DNA of 58,675 bases, counting the filler, from Sphacelaria rigidula (Eukaryota): the NCBI GenBank assembly GCA_964200075.2. It is 10 parts of 10 records of this genome, joined end to end, with 100 filler letters (N's around TTAATTAATTAA, not from the genome) between each part and the next. Parts side by side here need not be neighbours in the genome. Positions count along the whole stretch, not along the records: positions 41,145 to 46,921 come from CAXNAA020024545.1; positions 47,022 to 52,798 come from CAXNAA020024546.1; positions 52,899 to 58,675 come from CAXNAA020024547.1; 7 more parts are not named here. One strand, 5' to 3'. Positions within the stretch are counted from its first letter, which is position 1. Every line of letters begins with the position of its first letter. Shown here in pieces: positions 46,341 through 58,675 of the stretch. The notes under the pieces are model-generated. The model was not told the origin of the DNA and searched no databases. It saw nothing but the letters and a program-made list of their open reading frames with translations. A program made the position numbers and the translations under genes.

Positions 46341-46824
46341 GGGGAGTGACATGGAAATGGCGGACCAACGCACATATTGTCGTGATGTCGTGGGCGCCTA
46401 GCATTTCAAACAACGGTGTACCCGACGTACACATTCGTCGAGACCGATCCATCAGTAGAAAAGTTCGATGAACTGGGTCATCCGGATTGCGCCCAGGTGC
46501 GTCGAAGCGTTGGATTGACACTCGTGTAGGACCTATGGTTTAACAAACATCGTGAGGTTATTGCAAAGGGGTTCGTCACCAAGAACTTTGGCGTATATCG
46601 CCCGGTGGTTCGGTCTGTCCGTGGGGGCAACGTGGGCTTCCCGACTAGAAGTACATCGTTATCATCTATATGTACTTCAACTTTGCGAGCCAGCTCAACA
46701 ACTTCATCATGTCAGACGGGGTTCTAAAAAATGAGGTTGATCGATGAAGTGAGGTTTGAGGAGGCCAGCCAGTATGCGACAAACACCCGAGGGAAGTACC
46801 GCCCGCAAGTGCCTTCGATCGATA

Positions 46825-46921
46825 CCGGGGGGGGGGGGGGGGGGGTTTTTATTTGTTTTTTGCCTTTGTCGTTTGACCTTTGACACCCCCCCCCCTTCGC
46901 GAGGGGGCCCCGTTCCTCTCC
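46825..46921 (-). mobile_element. Degraded or low-quality subfamily A copy at contig end
   Basis: G-run followed by ATTTGTTTTTTGCCTTTGTCGTTTGACCTTTGAC. Confidence 0.6.
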
Positions 46922-47021
46922 NNNNNNNNNNNNNNNNNNNNNNNNNNNNNNNNNNNNNNNNNNNNTTAATTAATTAANNNNNNNNNNNNNNNNNNNNNNN
47001 NNNNNNNNNNNNNNNNNNNNN

Positions 47022-47088
47022 GCATTAATTTCAAGTGAAAAAAAGTATGCATGGTCCAGAAAGATTAATCTCGCGGTCTAACGGTTAA
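47022..47088 (-). mobile_element. piggyBac-like MITE, partial copy at contig start
   Basis: ATTTCAAGTGAAAAAAAGTATGCATGGTCCAGA...CTCGCGGTCTAACGG-TTAA is the reverse complement of the left part of the family. Confidence 0.7.
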
Positions 47089-47882
47089 TCAAGTGTTTCC
47101 ACAGGGAAGAAAGGAAACGAGGATGAGTTGTCTATGGTCGATAAAATTCTGTCGAACGGCCTGGCAAAATTCGGGGGATAACACCCCCCGATTCGCACCC
47201 CTAACTGTTGTACCGTCTGTACTGTCTGCTCTGTACTGTTTATTGAATATACGTAAACAAGTACCGCTTCACGAACTTCGATTCGCCTTTTGGATTATTC
47301 AAAGCCCGCTAATTCGCTTGGACCCAAATAAACATAGCAAAGCCAAATGAATCGATTCCGCCGCACGAACTCGTGCGAGTTGGAGAAAAAGTAATACGAT
47401 ACGGCCTAAGAGAAAAATCATCTTCACCTGTTCCCATACCATGCATTTTCCGAGAACTATCTTCACCCTCCCAAGTGGTGAACTCTACCGTTTTTATGTA
47501 CCAAGTGACTATGCTGATGCCACTTCCGATGCCCGTTGTTTATCTCCGGTTAACTGGAAGGATACACACCACGCGCTGAATGCTGACCAGTTCAATTATC
47601 TGTACACCTGTTGTGTCCGGTAGTCGTGAGGCCACCAGATCTTGGTGCTCTCATGGTGTACATGTACTTTGAATACCTGCTGAACTGTGGAGGTTTTCGT
47701 GCCTACCAATTGGTTCTGGAGCCTTTTGGCCATTTGGATCTAGAAATAGGAAGCGTTTAGGATCTTTAGCGAAGAGCGTCGACGAGTGATGTTCGACGAA
47801 CATGGATATGAGAGCGCCAAGGCAGCCACGTCGCAGCAGTAGCAGCTTAACAGATAACAAGAGCACTGTCGTCGGTACTCAC

Positions 47883-50800
47883 CTGTCTACAATCACCTGG
47901 AACCTCTTCACAACGGGCACGTGACAGAACGACGCAAGCACCGCGAACTGCCCAGCTCTTACAGAGACTGCGACAGACACGACGAGCAGTGAGACGGCTA
48001 GAGGAAGGTCCATCACTGAGGTGAGGGTCAATGTGTCCGTGAATCTATGAACGGCGGCTGATTCGTCAAGTACATCTCATGACTGCTCCCAGGTATACAC
48101 CGGCATTACATAGTTTATACAGTGCACATGATCCGTCGCAATGCTTTACAGACTGCCCACCCGCCCAGGCCTTGTAGAGACAAGACCGGACTGACAGTAC
48201 ACGCAAGACCATGAGATATGTAGTGCTACTACTGTAGTACATCCAACGCGTACAACACAATAGTGGTATCTGTACTGTTGCCTATGCTGGCCGTACAACC
48301 GAGAACTACAGTGCAGCGAACTTGCAGCTCAGTTGAGATCTGTTCATGCAGCGTGTTGCGAGCAGACGTCGCTTTGCACGACAGGCTGCCTTCGCACCCA
48401 AGCCTTGTTGATACAGGAACGTACTGACAGTACACACAAGACTAGGAACAGTGCTACTGTTACAGTATCACAGCCGATGCATGCAATGCAGCACTGTTGT
48501 ATGTACTATTGTGTGTGCTGCCCTTTCAGTCAAGTACTACCGTGCAGTGAAGAAGCACAACCGTCACCTTCTACAATCAATTGGTACTGCAAGGTGGTGT
48601 GCTTAGTGATGGTCTTGCGTCACGCAGCCCGCCATGTATTGCTCAGGCAGTGCATCATCGTAGTACAGACAGTCCGTACGGACCGTGCACCACTACAGGA
48701 CAACAGAGTGCTGCGTCTCTCTCGCGCGCCCCCAAAATTGAAACCATGCCTGTACACCGGATCGAAAACGCAAAACGATGAACACTGCGTTTTCAACGTA
48801 GGCAGAGCGCCGATCACGTAAGAAGGGCTACTTGGAAAAATTATGTTGACGGCGTGTTTTTTCATACAACGGAGGTAGCTTCATCAGGTGGGTATTTCAT
48901 ACCGTACTTACTCCCTTTGACGGGGTTTTGAATGTTCCCCAGGCTACGCGCAGTGACATAAGAACACCAGTATTGTTACCAACAATCTGATCTAAGCGTG
49001 AACAACGTCCACCCCATGTGTGTGAAATTGGGGACTGAACGAAGGCACCCCACCTTGCTGTGAAATGAAAGTGCGCTCCTGCTTGGATTTCACCTCGCCG
49101 TATGATGTTGATTTGAGGTGGACGCCCAGGTGTCCGACGGTCATTCCGATATGTGGTTCGTCTGTCGAGAAATACAAATATAATGACATCAAAACCTGCA
49201 AATCTTGATATGCGTATGATGGGGGACTCATATTTTGCTCATGCCGAAGCGGGAAAGTTTTGGCCAATACGCTGATAGGCTTGCATTGCGACCGTGTTTG
49301 AACGAGACCAGATAAATGATAACGCGTCGCAATGGCTGGTGAAAGTGATTCCGGCGTTTTTTCTGTCCTTCCGATAGGTTAAGAGCATATGGATAGTCTA
49401 TTTGAAGGATACTGGGAAAAAAACACCAAAACCGCTAGACCGTTGGGAAAACAAAATGAACACCAAAACTGCCGGACAGTTGGAAAGACGGGAATTATTC
49501 TTACGGCCAGTCCTCTCTTGTGCTGTTTCGCTGAAACGGGCCTTGACCTATCACTGATGTGGAGCGGAGTCATTTTTCACACGATGAGGTCTCATGAGTT
49601 CCTCGCCATGCACGTTTCGAAGTACAAGAGTGTTTTTTCGCTGCGCGCCCGCGTATACTTGCTCCTTTCGTGTGACGTCTATTTATTCCACTTCATTCTG
49701 GAAATGGAGACCCCCAGAAATCCGTTCTCTTGTCCATGCCGTCCGGCGGGCACACGCTGTTTTGGGGGGCCCAGGTGCAAGCCATGTTTCAGGGCCTCAC
49801 TCGACATACATTTTTATCTCCAAAATAAAGGACATCGGGTTCACTGATTGGCGTTGGGTTCGAGTTTGCGGGTTTTATGTTTCGCGAAACCTCTATGGGC
49901 ACGACGACAGGCATCACCAATCGGGTCGCTACGAACCACTGACAACGACACACCACGACTGCACCGCACAACACTCTACAGCCACTATCGGACTGAGTAA
50001 ATCCTACTTGCCTCGAGCATCCCTCTCGTTTGCATCGTGGATGAAGTCTCGCACTTTTCGCCGTCTACCCGCAAACGTTCGTGTAGAGAATGCGCTGTTT
50101 TAAATCATGAGCACGTTAACCCTTAGACCGCGAGGGTAGTCTGATCTGGATCATGCATGGTTTGTTTCACTTGAAATTGATGCCGATTCAACAGAAGACT
50201 AACCTCGCGGTCTAAGGGTTAATATCCAACGACTAATAGGTGAAGTAATTTGGACGGGTCTTTGGAACGTCAGCCGGCGGCTGCGATCGTCAAACTGTTG
50301 GATTGATGAATATTGGGCTGTACATTCTACACTGTGCCCCCCTCCAAACACCCGCTCTTCTTATTCGAAACGTTTACTCTGACAAGATCGAAATTCGCCC
50401 TCGATGACTGTACATTCTGTAGCGGAAACAGAGCTTGCATATGGTCTGGAAGTCACACTCAAACGACCATGGCGTAAATGGTCAGCGCCACTTGGCTGTA
50501 GATGTACACGCTTACGAAGCCGTAGTCACCAGTCTGTGAGGCTCCATATCTGCCCCAGTAGTGTGCTATGTGGAACGAAATTCCATGGTTACTCATTTCG
50601 GGGCATGAGAACATCAGCGAACGGTACCCCCAACAGAGCAGAGCTACCAAATGGTTGGGGATAAAGGTTGTTCTTTGGAGGGCTGGTTCGCCGAGAACAT
50701 GTTTTTGCCTGCAGTGCCAAATTTGTGTGGTTTGCCAACGCGCCCTTTTACGTAGGGCACCCTCTGCACTCGCTGTGCCCGAGGGTTTTCTTATACCTCG

Positions 50801-51594
50801 GTCGGATTTAGGGTTAGCGGCACCTATTTAAAGTACCACCCATAGTTTCCGGCCATCTGGTGAAGGATGTCCTCACGACAGAGGTATCGTGAGCGCGAGG
50901 TTTCTGATATTTTGACCTGTAAATTACTGTGAGATATACCGAGAATCTCGAGTTTGAGACATCTCCGAGAGAGAGGAGGTCCGTACGTGTTGGACCGATT
51001 GAGCGTGACGAAAAAATGTGAGGGTAGGCATGTATGATAGCTGCCTGGGTATATGCGACGAAGACAGTCGTTGGCCGATGTGTCAACATGTTCGTGCATA
51101 CATGTGTATATATAGCTACATGTGCCCCTGATGCTGAAGGAGGGGACCTTACCCATTTGTTGTACACGATCGTGTATACCACATAAATGCCGCCAACCCT
51201 AGCGCTAGCGGCAACCCCAACCCCCACCAAGGCATACCACGATCCCTCGCATAAGGGGGGTGCAAAGGGCCTCCTAGGCAAAGTATGAGTTGCAAGACCT
51301 CGAATTGGCATCTGCGGCGCCGATTTTGGACGAACACATGTTGTGGACGAGCAGGAGCACTTATGGCTGACAGCCCCTAAAAAGACGCGAATATCGATGA
51401 TCACTGAAACCAAGTGAAATCAAGTGCCAACCATTGTGCACCACCAGCCACCAAGTTGGTGAGGAACCAGTTGGTGGAATCTACTGGAGGTGCCAAAGCG
51501 TAGACGCGTGGTATGAATAACGTGGACCTTGTTTGTGTCGTCAGTGGGGATGTGCGGTCCATGCTGGGCGCAATTGCTGGCGCGACCACCGCTT
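47883..51594 (-). CDS. Six phase-compatible internal exons of an unidentified protein (51594-51432, 50916-50840, 50549-50516, 50064-50012, 49161-49054, 47967-47883)
   Basis: All junctions are AG/GT except one G|gcaagt donor. Stop-free spliced product: ...STLFIPRVYALAPPVDSTNWFLTNLVAGGAQWSKYQKPRAHDTSVVRTSFTRWPETMDMEPHRLVTTASRRKVRDFIHDANERDARDEPHIGMTVGHLGVHLKSTSYGEVKSKQERTFISQQVSVRAGQFAVLASFCHVPVVKRFQVIVD. Confidence 0.5.
50116..50222. mobile_element. Intact 99-bp piggyBac-like MITE (50120-50218) with TTAA target-site duplication
   Basis: TTAA|CCCTTAGACCGCGAGGGTAGTC...GACTAACCTCGCGGTCTAAGGG|TTAA; the 22-bp TIRs have one mismatch. Confidence 0.92.
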
Positions 51595-52465
51595 CTATTT
51601 AACTGTGCTGAGAAGACGATATGTTGCTGGCCTCGGCTCATGCACGAGCAACTATGACTCGGGCCACATGCGTGGCAATGGTGTTTGACGTCAACATTCT
51701 CGACGCCGAAAACGGCTACGAGTACTGTACTTGAAACCCTCGGCAAAACAGGGGAAGGGGCGCGGTCTATTTGCGCATGGGGGCCTGCGGGACGATCCGG
51801 GCACTTGGCCATATTCATGGAAAACGGGATGGGATGAGACTTGAGAACATTTCCATGTTGCCCGTAAGAACGAGCAGGGTGGACACTTCATGATAACTGC
51901 CTCAAATGTAACACAAGGCGTCGGGTAGTGCACGCGAGTCCTTGCTAAACCATGGCAGTACTGAAAGAAAAACTTTGTCAGGAATGGATGAAATGTCTCC
52001 AGCACATGTGTTGGATCTACGGATGCAGACAGGATGGCTGAAGATATCGCCAAAATGAAAAGGAGCAGTGACACTCAGCAGTACAAACACCGGAATCATT
52101 TAACCCTGATACAACTAGCTTATCCGTCGCCTGGCTGACTGGGCAGCGCTCTACGCAATACGACCCCTCTGTCTGCCCCACGGCCTTTTTAGTATGATAC
52201 TCTGAATACCGCACCCCTTTCTACTGGATTCCCTGACGCAACATGTTTCGTTTTGGGGTCGATCACTGCCTACACTCTGAATGAACAGTGACTAACAGAC
52301 AAAAACCAGGTCGGAGAAAGAATAGTTGGGTTTTCGGGAGGGATAACCGACTCAAACGAACACCAAGAGAAGTAACACCAGCAATAACCAAGAAAAACGT
52401 CCAGTCTTGCGCCGAAAAAAAGAAAAATCGGAACAGAATCCGCCATCTTTTCGCCTCAATACGCA

Positions 52466-52798
52466 CGCACACACCGCGCAACCTCAGATTCAGCAAGATA
52501 GGGTTGTTGTCTGCAGTCCACATGACATGTGGTCGACGTTTCAGCACGTAAAATCACTAACAGCGCTTGCACGGCCGTGTCTCCTGAAGTGAGCACCTCT
52601 ACAGGCGATAACAAGAAAGGGACAGCGTAGAATGACATCCTCCGGAGGTGCGCAATTCAGATCAATGCGTTCGCACACACCGCGCAACCTCAGATTCAGC
52701 AAGATAGGGTTGTTGTCTGCAGTCCACATGACATGTGGTCGACGTTTCAGCACGTAAAATCACTAACAGCGCTTGCACGGCCGTGTCTCCTGAAGTGA
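52466..52798. repeat. Direct repeat: 127 bp identical at 206-bp spacing, running into the contig end
   Basis: 52466-52592 equals 52672-52798. Confidence 0.92.
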
Positions 52799-52898
52799 NN
52801 NNNNNNNNNNNNNNNNNNNNNNNNNNNNNNNNNNNNNNNNNNTTAATTAATTAANNNNNNNNNNNNNNNNNNNNNNNNNNNNNNNNNNNNNNNNNNNN

Positions 52899-52950
52899 CC
52901 TGCTCCGGTCTGATGACTATGACATGCATGATCATGAGTACACCCTCCCC
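52899..52950 (+). mobile_element. Internally deleted subfamily B copy at contig start
   Basis: TGCTCC-GGTCTGATGACTATGACATGCATGATCATGAGTACACCCTCCCC. Confidence 0.7.
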
Positions 52951-53247
52951 AATAGTAAAGGGGATTGTCGTCTTACAGTGATCAAATTTCTTGTGAGATG
53001 ACGATATTCACTCAATCGGGGTTTCTTCGTAGACGATTTGTCGCACTCACTCGAGAGTTCCAGAGGTCGGTAGGTGTTGAAAAAAACAAGTAGATCGTTC
53101 TCACGGTACATTTCATTCCCATTTTTGCGTTGTTAGAACGTTACAGGGTATTAAAACCCCGTATATCGAGGGGGATGTTTTCGAACATGTATGGCTGAAA
53201 AACACGTTTCTTGAGCTGTGAACAGCGGATCATCTACGTTGGACTGC

Positions 53248-53484
53248 TGCCGAGATAGCACCCCCCCGAACCGGCCAAAAAAGTGCACGGAGGCGATGAT
53301 CATAAATACCGTTAGAGCTGGTTTCGTGCTGCAATACGCGATTCATTTGGGCGTTATAGCTGATGTCGGACTGCTACACGCCTCTCATGTGGGCGGAATT
53401 GCAGCAAACGAGCGCAATAGTCAGATTGCAGCCGGGTTGTCAAGCGGTCTCCGGTGCACTTTTTGTGGGGGGGCTATCTCGGCA
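53248..53484. mobile_element. MITE with TGCCGAGATAGC terminal inverted repeats
   Basis: TGCCGAGATAGCACCCCCCC..AAAAAGTGCAC versus GTGCACTTTTT..GGGGGGGCTATCTCGGCA; second copy at 29131. No clear TSD. Confidence 0.85.
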
Positions 53485-53581
53485 TTAGTCGCATGGCGAT
53501 TTCGGGTGCGTTCTTCGAAAATACGTGCTCCCTACCTATTTCCCTTCATCACACTTCCAATCCCCCCCCTTCCTCGGGACG

Positions 53582-53662
53582 AGTGCTCCGTCTCGAAAGG
53601 GATGCGTGGTCAATGGTCAAACGACTAAGGCAAGCAACAAATGAGTACGCCCCCCCCCCCCC
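53582..53662 (+). mobile_element. C-tailed short retro-element, subfamily A, with target-site duplication
   Basis: Consensus-like core plus a C13 tail, flanked by C8-TTCCTCGGGACGAGT at 53562-53584 and 53655-53677. Confidence 0.95.
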
Positions 53663-54131
53663 TTCCTCGGGACGAGTCCGTGGTGTCAAGAGGTTACTTC
53701 ATCTTTCACCGGCACACACTTTGCACTTGGATTGGATCAGCACTCCCGCACCGCGCCATGCTTGCATGATATATTTCAATATACGCGTAATCGATGGAGT
53801 TGGCTGTCAATCGAACGTTTTCCCTCCTGACTCGTGCTGTGCGATTAGATGCGCTTTTTTCTTTTTTCCCTGTGGCATCGACGGGTAGGAAATTTTTGAC
53901 CACTACATCGTAGCCAAGCTCGTGTTCGCGACTTCCGTCGCGCGCTGTTTCTCGGTATCCGCGATAAAGTATAGCGTGACGGACGTACTCGGATCACCCC
54001 ACCGAACGCTTGCTGTCTGCTGTAGATGGACCGCTGGGTTCGTGATTAGGCCATGTGTGCGGTATACGACACGCCCACATTCCGGAGTCAGTAAACAGCC
54101 GCCGCTCCGCTTCTCGTGCACTTTTGGGCAG

Positions 54132-55407
<1,276 letters not shown>

Positions 55408-58400
55408 TCCAATGCAGACAGGCTCCGACAGCTTTAATAGTGTAGTGTGCTCGCGGGCAAGGGCAAGGGCAAGGGTAAGAGATGGTGTCTCCAGTCCAGC
55501 TGCCGATTGTCGGCGTGTTCTCCTCACGCGCTTTGTTTCGGAGCTTGTGTGTTATTTTGGGCGACAAGCTCTAGGTGGAGATAGCGTGGTTATTTTTGTA
55601 GTATGTGTTGATAACTCCATTTTTGTGTGTACGTTATAATAAGGTCATCTTGCGTCTCATCGATATCCTCATTTTCTGTCGTACTCCCCGGTGATATCGT
55701 ACTGAGGGGCAAGTCTTCCCACTATTGTCAGCCAAATCAGACGGCCACACCTCTGAGAGAAAAGGAGAACCTGCGTCCTGGTACTGGTGCGATGACGCTG
55801 TGGCCTGTACGTACGCGGCGGTGCTTACATCTTGCGCGTCGCAAAGCTCTACGTGTCCCCTGAACGTATTGTGCTGTTTTGCTGTCTCCCTACATCTCAC
55901 TAACAAACCCCACGAGCAGAGAGGAGGCTTTTCGTGCCTAAAGTTTTGTGAATAGCCAAAGAAGATCGAAGTTGTCTCAGGAATCTGACCGATCGAATGT
56001 ACTCAGTCGATGGGTGATATAATTTACAGTCACGATGTCACGTTTCGTGCGGGCAATCGTTTGCCCATTGATGACGTTACTCGGCCTTTTGAATGACTGA
56101 AGGTCGTGCTTCCTGTCTGGATGATGTTTCTCGGAAGTTTGCTGATGACCACAGAAAAATAAACGGCCCGCAGTTTTCGAAACCTGGGTGCAAAATGTCG
56201 CGAGCGTTCTTCTACCGCGAACAAGAGCTCAGCGATGTTTCATCTTATGGTAGCCCACCAACGTTTGCGGCACCATTCCCTCGCCGCCCGTTCGTTCCTG
56301 TTGCATCTAATTTGTCCGATGCAGCCCCGATTATTTGCAGTGCGAAGACAACGAGCATCAGGAGCGACAACTCGACATTGAGTGTAGTTCCTTTTTGTAC
56401 ATATAATGTCTGGGCAAACAGACATAGCCGTCTCCAGACAAGCTTTCACTGTCTCAATGGACAGGGGGTCGCCGAGGATGCACAGTAACCGTGAGGTCCA
56501 CTTGCGTCGTGCAGCAAGAAGAAGGAAGTGGATGATTTTCACCGGCGCTTAGTTGGCCAACACGGGATAGAACACGTAGTCTCCCCCTAAAGCAGAGAAC
56601 TAAAGGTAGGTAGGAAGAGAGAGTGTAAGCAGTGAGGGTGAACCCAAGCTGTGAACCCCCTGAACAAGTACAAAATCTTCGCCACTAGAAACCCGTATGG
56701 AAACCGAATCATATATTGAATTGCTGCTGGCCTGTTCATCTCGTTAACTCTTCCCATCGTTCATTTTACTGCTGACCTGTTCGTCTCGTCAGCCCTTTCA
56801 TTGGTTCAACTAGATTTTACGTATCCTACTTTTTTTCTACTTACTTAACTACAACATCCAAGTTACGATGCGTTGTCTATCGTATTGCGCAGAGTTCACT
56901 CTGCGTCAAAGTACACCGTAGATTGGAATGAATACATCGAATCGTCACAAGCTAATAGCCACCCACACTATAGTTGACATTCACATACTAAAACGATAGA
57001 GGCAGTGTTGTCTGATGTCGCAGTCATATTTAACATCCACTCGTGAAAAAACATGACAGCAGACAGGGACTTCCTGCAGAGTAGCAGTTATAACGGTTGT
57101 TTTACATTCCTACAACTATTTCTCAATCCACCGTTCAGCCGCTTCGATTTATTTGGCTAACAGATAACAAGGTCTCCTCTATAATGAGGTTGAACATTGC
57201 AGTTAGGTTTAAACCCGCTTTGAATTCATGAAAATTCTGCCCAAACAGTTCAAGAAACATAATAAGCAGTTTCGGGTGGTTTGTTTCTGTTGAAAGCTGA
57301 GGAGGTGTGTGGCTGGGTGTTACCCAAATAATCATGATGTACACCTGCTTGCCGCCCGGACAGCGGTACAGATTGCGCGTACGCCCATGGAGTATAGAAG
57401 CCACACGTATGAAGGATTTGTTGGTATGCCTGATGGAACAAGATGCAGTAGTTAGTGGGCGGTCTAACTATTCATTTTGAGGCATTTTGTGATTTCTTCG
57501 TCATCGGCGATTTTCTTGGGCTCTTTTCGCTTGCCACCGCTCATCACATTGGGAATCTGAGGATATTTGTATCCGCTCCACGTTCCAAGAAAAAAAATCA
57601 TCTGCACTCAGTACGGAGTGACTTACGGGCTGACCGGTCATCGGGGGTTCTGCGACGTTTCAGACCAGATTCTTACGGTATTTTCGGTCGATTGAGCCTG
57701 TCCCGATCATATTTCTAAAAAAATGTACAGTTTTATTTTTTTTGAAATTCTGCCTACTCATTGCACTACTGCCGAAAAACTGTGTTTCACGGTCAATAAC
57801 ACCCTCCTGATGAACGGGGTATTTACTCGTTTTGCCCGAAGACACCAACTAGCATTGATTTGGGCACTGTGATTTGAGGATGATCTGTTTATTGTACCAA
57901 AATCTACCGACGCTAGTAATTTCGAGTTCCATCGAAGAACAGTACGCGAGGAAAACCCCCAAACCCCGCTGAATAGTTAAACCGCCCACTACTGTACCTT
58001 TAGCGATGGCTCAGCTACTGCTGGCGTGGCGTACATGGGGGCTGACATACTGTACGCTGTGAGCTGTGGTGCGCTGTTTCTGATGTGCAGTGAACGCACA
58101 CTGGGGACAAGGGCATATATTTCTTTCTGTCGATCGTCGCTCACTTCACAAAAGACACGAGAAATCCTTGATCGACGCGAGTTGTGCTTCCATGACAAGC
58201 AAGGGCGTTGTAGTACAATATCGACTACTTGCCGCTTCATTTGTGAATCACGCTGTCGAGCGCTGGCTGAAAAAGTCTTGTATGAGATAGCTTGGGTGGC
58301 GTTTCAAGGATCGCAGCTGAGAGAACACATGCACAAAAACCATGAGGAAGGTTAGGGTAACAAAAAGTAAGGGGAAGCATGAGAGGTACATGTCACAAGT

Positions 58401-58675
58401 GCTGAGAAAGCACGGTTGTTGCCCAAACAAAACTACTACTGCACGAGTATGGTGACATACACGCGTGATGCGTAGATGAATGTGATGTCCCGCGCTTCGA
58501 CACATTGTCATGTCTAACCCACCAGCTCAGCCGTACTTTATTGCGCATGCACGCTGTTGCTCCCGTCTCTTAAGCCCATGGAATTAGTTTATAGTTACGA
58601 CTGACGGTAGGCGGACAAAACAGCCAATCATCTATGTTGAGGATGGTGCTTTTGATTGAGGATGAGAACCCGGAG

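Noticed and set aside
52466..52798. Recent segmental duplication with duplicated ORFs (MLKRRPHV...)
   Set aside because: The identical stretch is exactly 127 bp and stops at the contig end, as expected when a k=127 assembly halts in a tandem repeat; the ORFs look spurious.
52905..52925. CTGATGA hammerhead-like core in a B copy, and GAAA in A copies
   Set aside because: The two motifs never co-occur in hammerhead order, and other B copies read CTCATGA or CATATGA; no known ribozyme class was recognised.
55600..58675. Several 60-130-aa ORFs downstream of METTL5
   Set aside because: No consistent exon chain or recognisable motif could be built; a gene may be present, but I cannot support one.

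Overview
This window is not one locus. It is ten unrelated contigs (five of 5778 bp, then five of 5777 bp) joined by identical 100-bp spacers (N44-TTAATTAATTAA-N44), so adjacency across a spacer carries no information. The DNA is eukaryotic, intron-rich and repeat-rich; the repeat families and gene structure suggest a stramenopile, probably a brown alga (inference). Recognisable genes: the last three exons of METTL5 (54132-55407); the first exon of a 20S proteasome alpha subunit with an unexpected signal-peptide-like leader (33761-33886); two exons of a probable class I SAM methyltransferase-like domain (35746-36653). There is also an unidentified gene with a 2.67-kb exon and several unidentified exon chains. 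Mobile DNA: a decayed Ty1/copia element abutting a chromodomain Ty3/gypsy element, a tRNA-derived SINE and several MITE families, one piggyBac-like with TTAA flanks. The most interesting signal is a family of ~70-nt retro-elements (about 14 copies, two subfamilies plus a possible third variant) matching the 3' end of a LINE-like ORF. They share a predicted multi-stem RNA fold, end in poly(C) rather than poly(A), sit in C-runs with target-site duplications, and stack inside each other's tails. All folds and splice models were worked out by eye; no searches were run.
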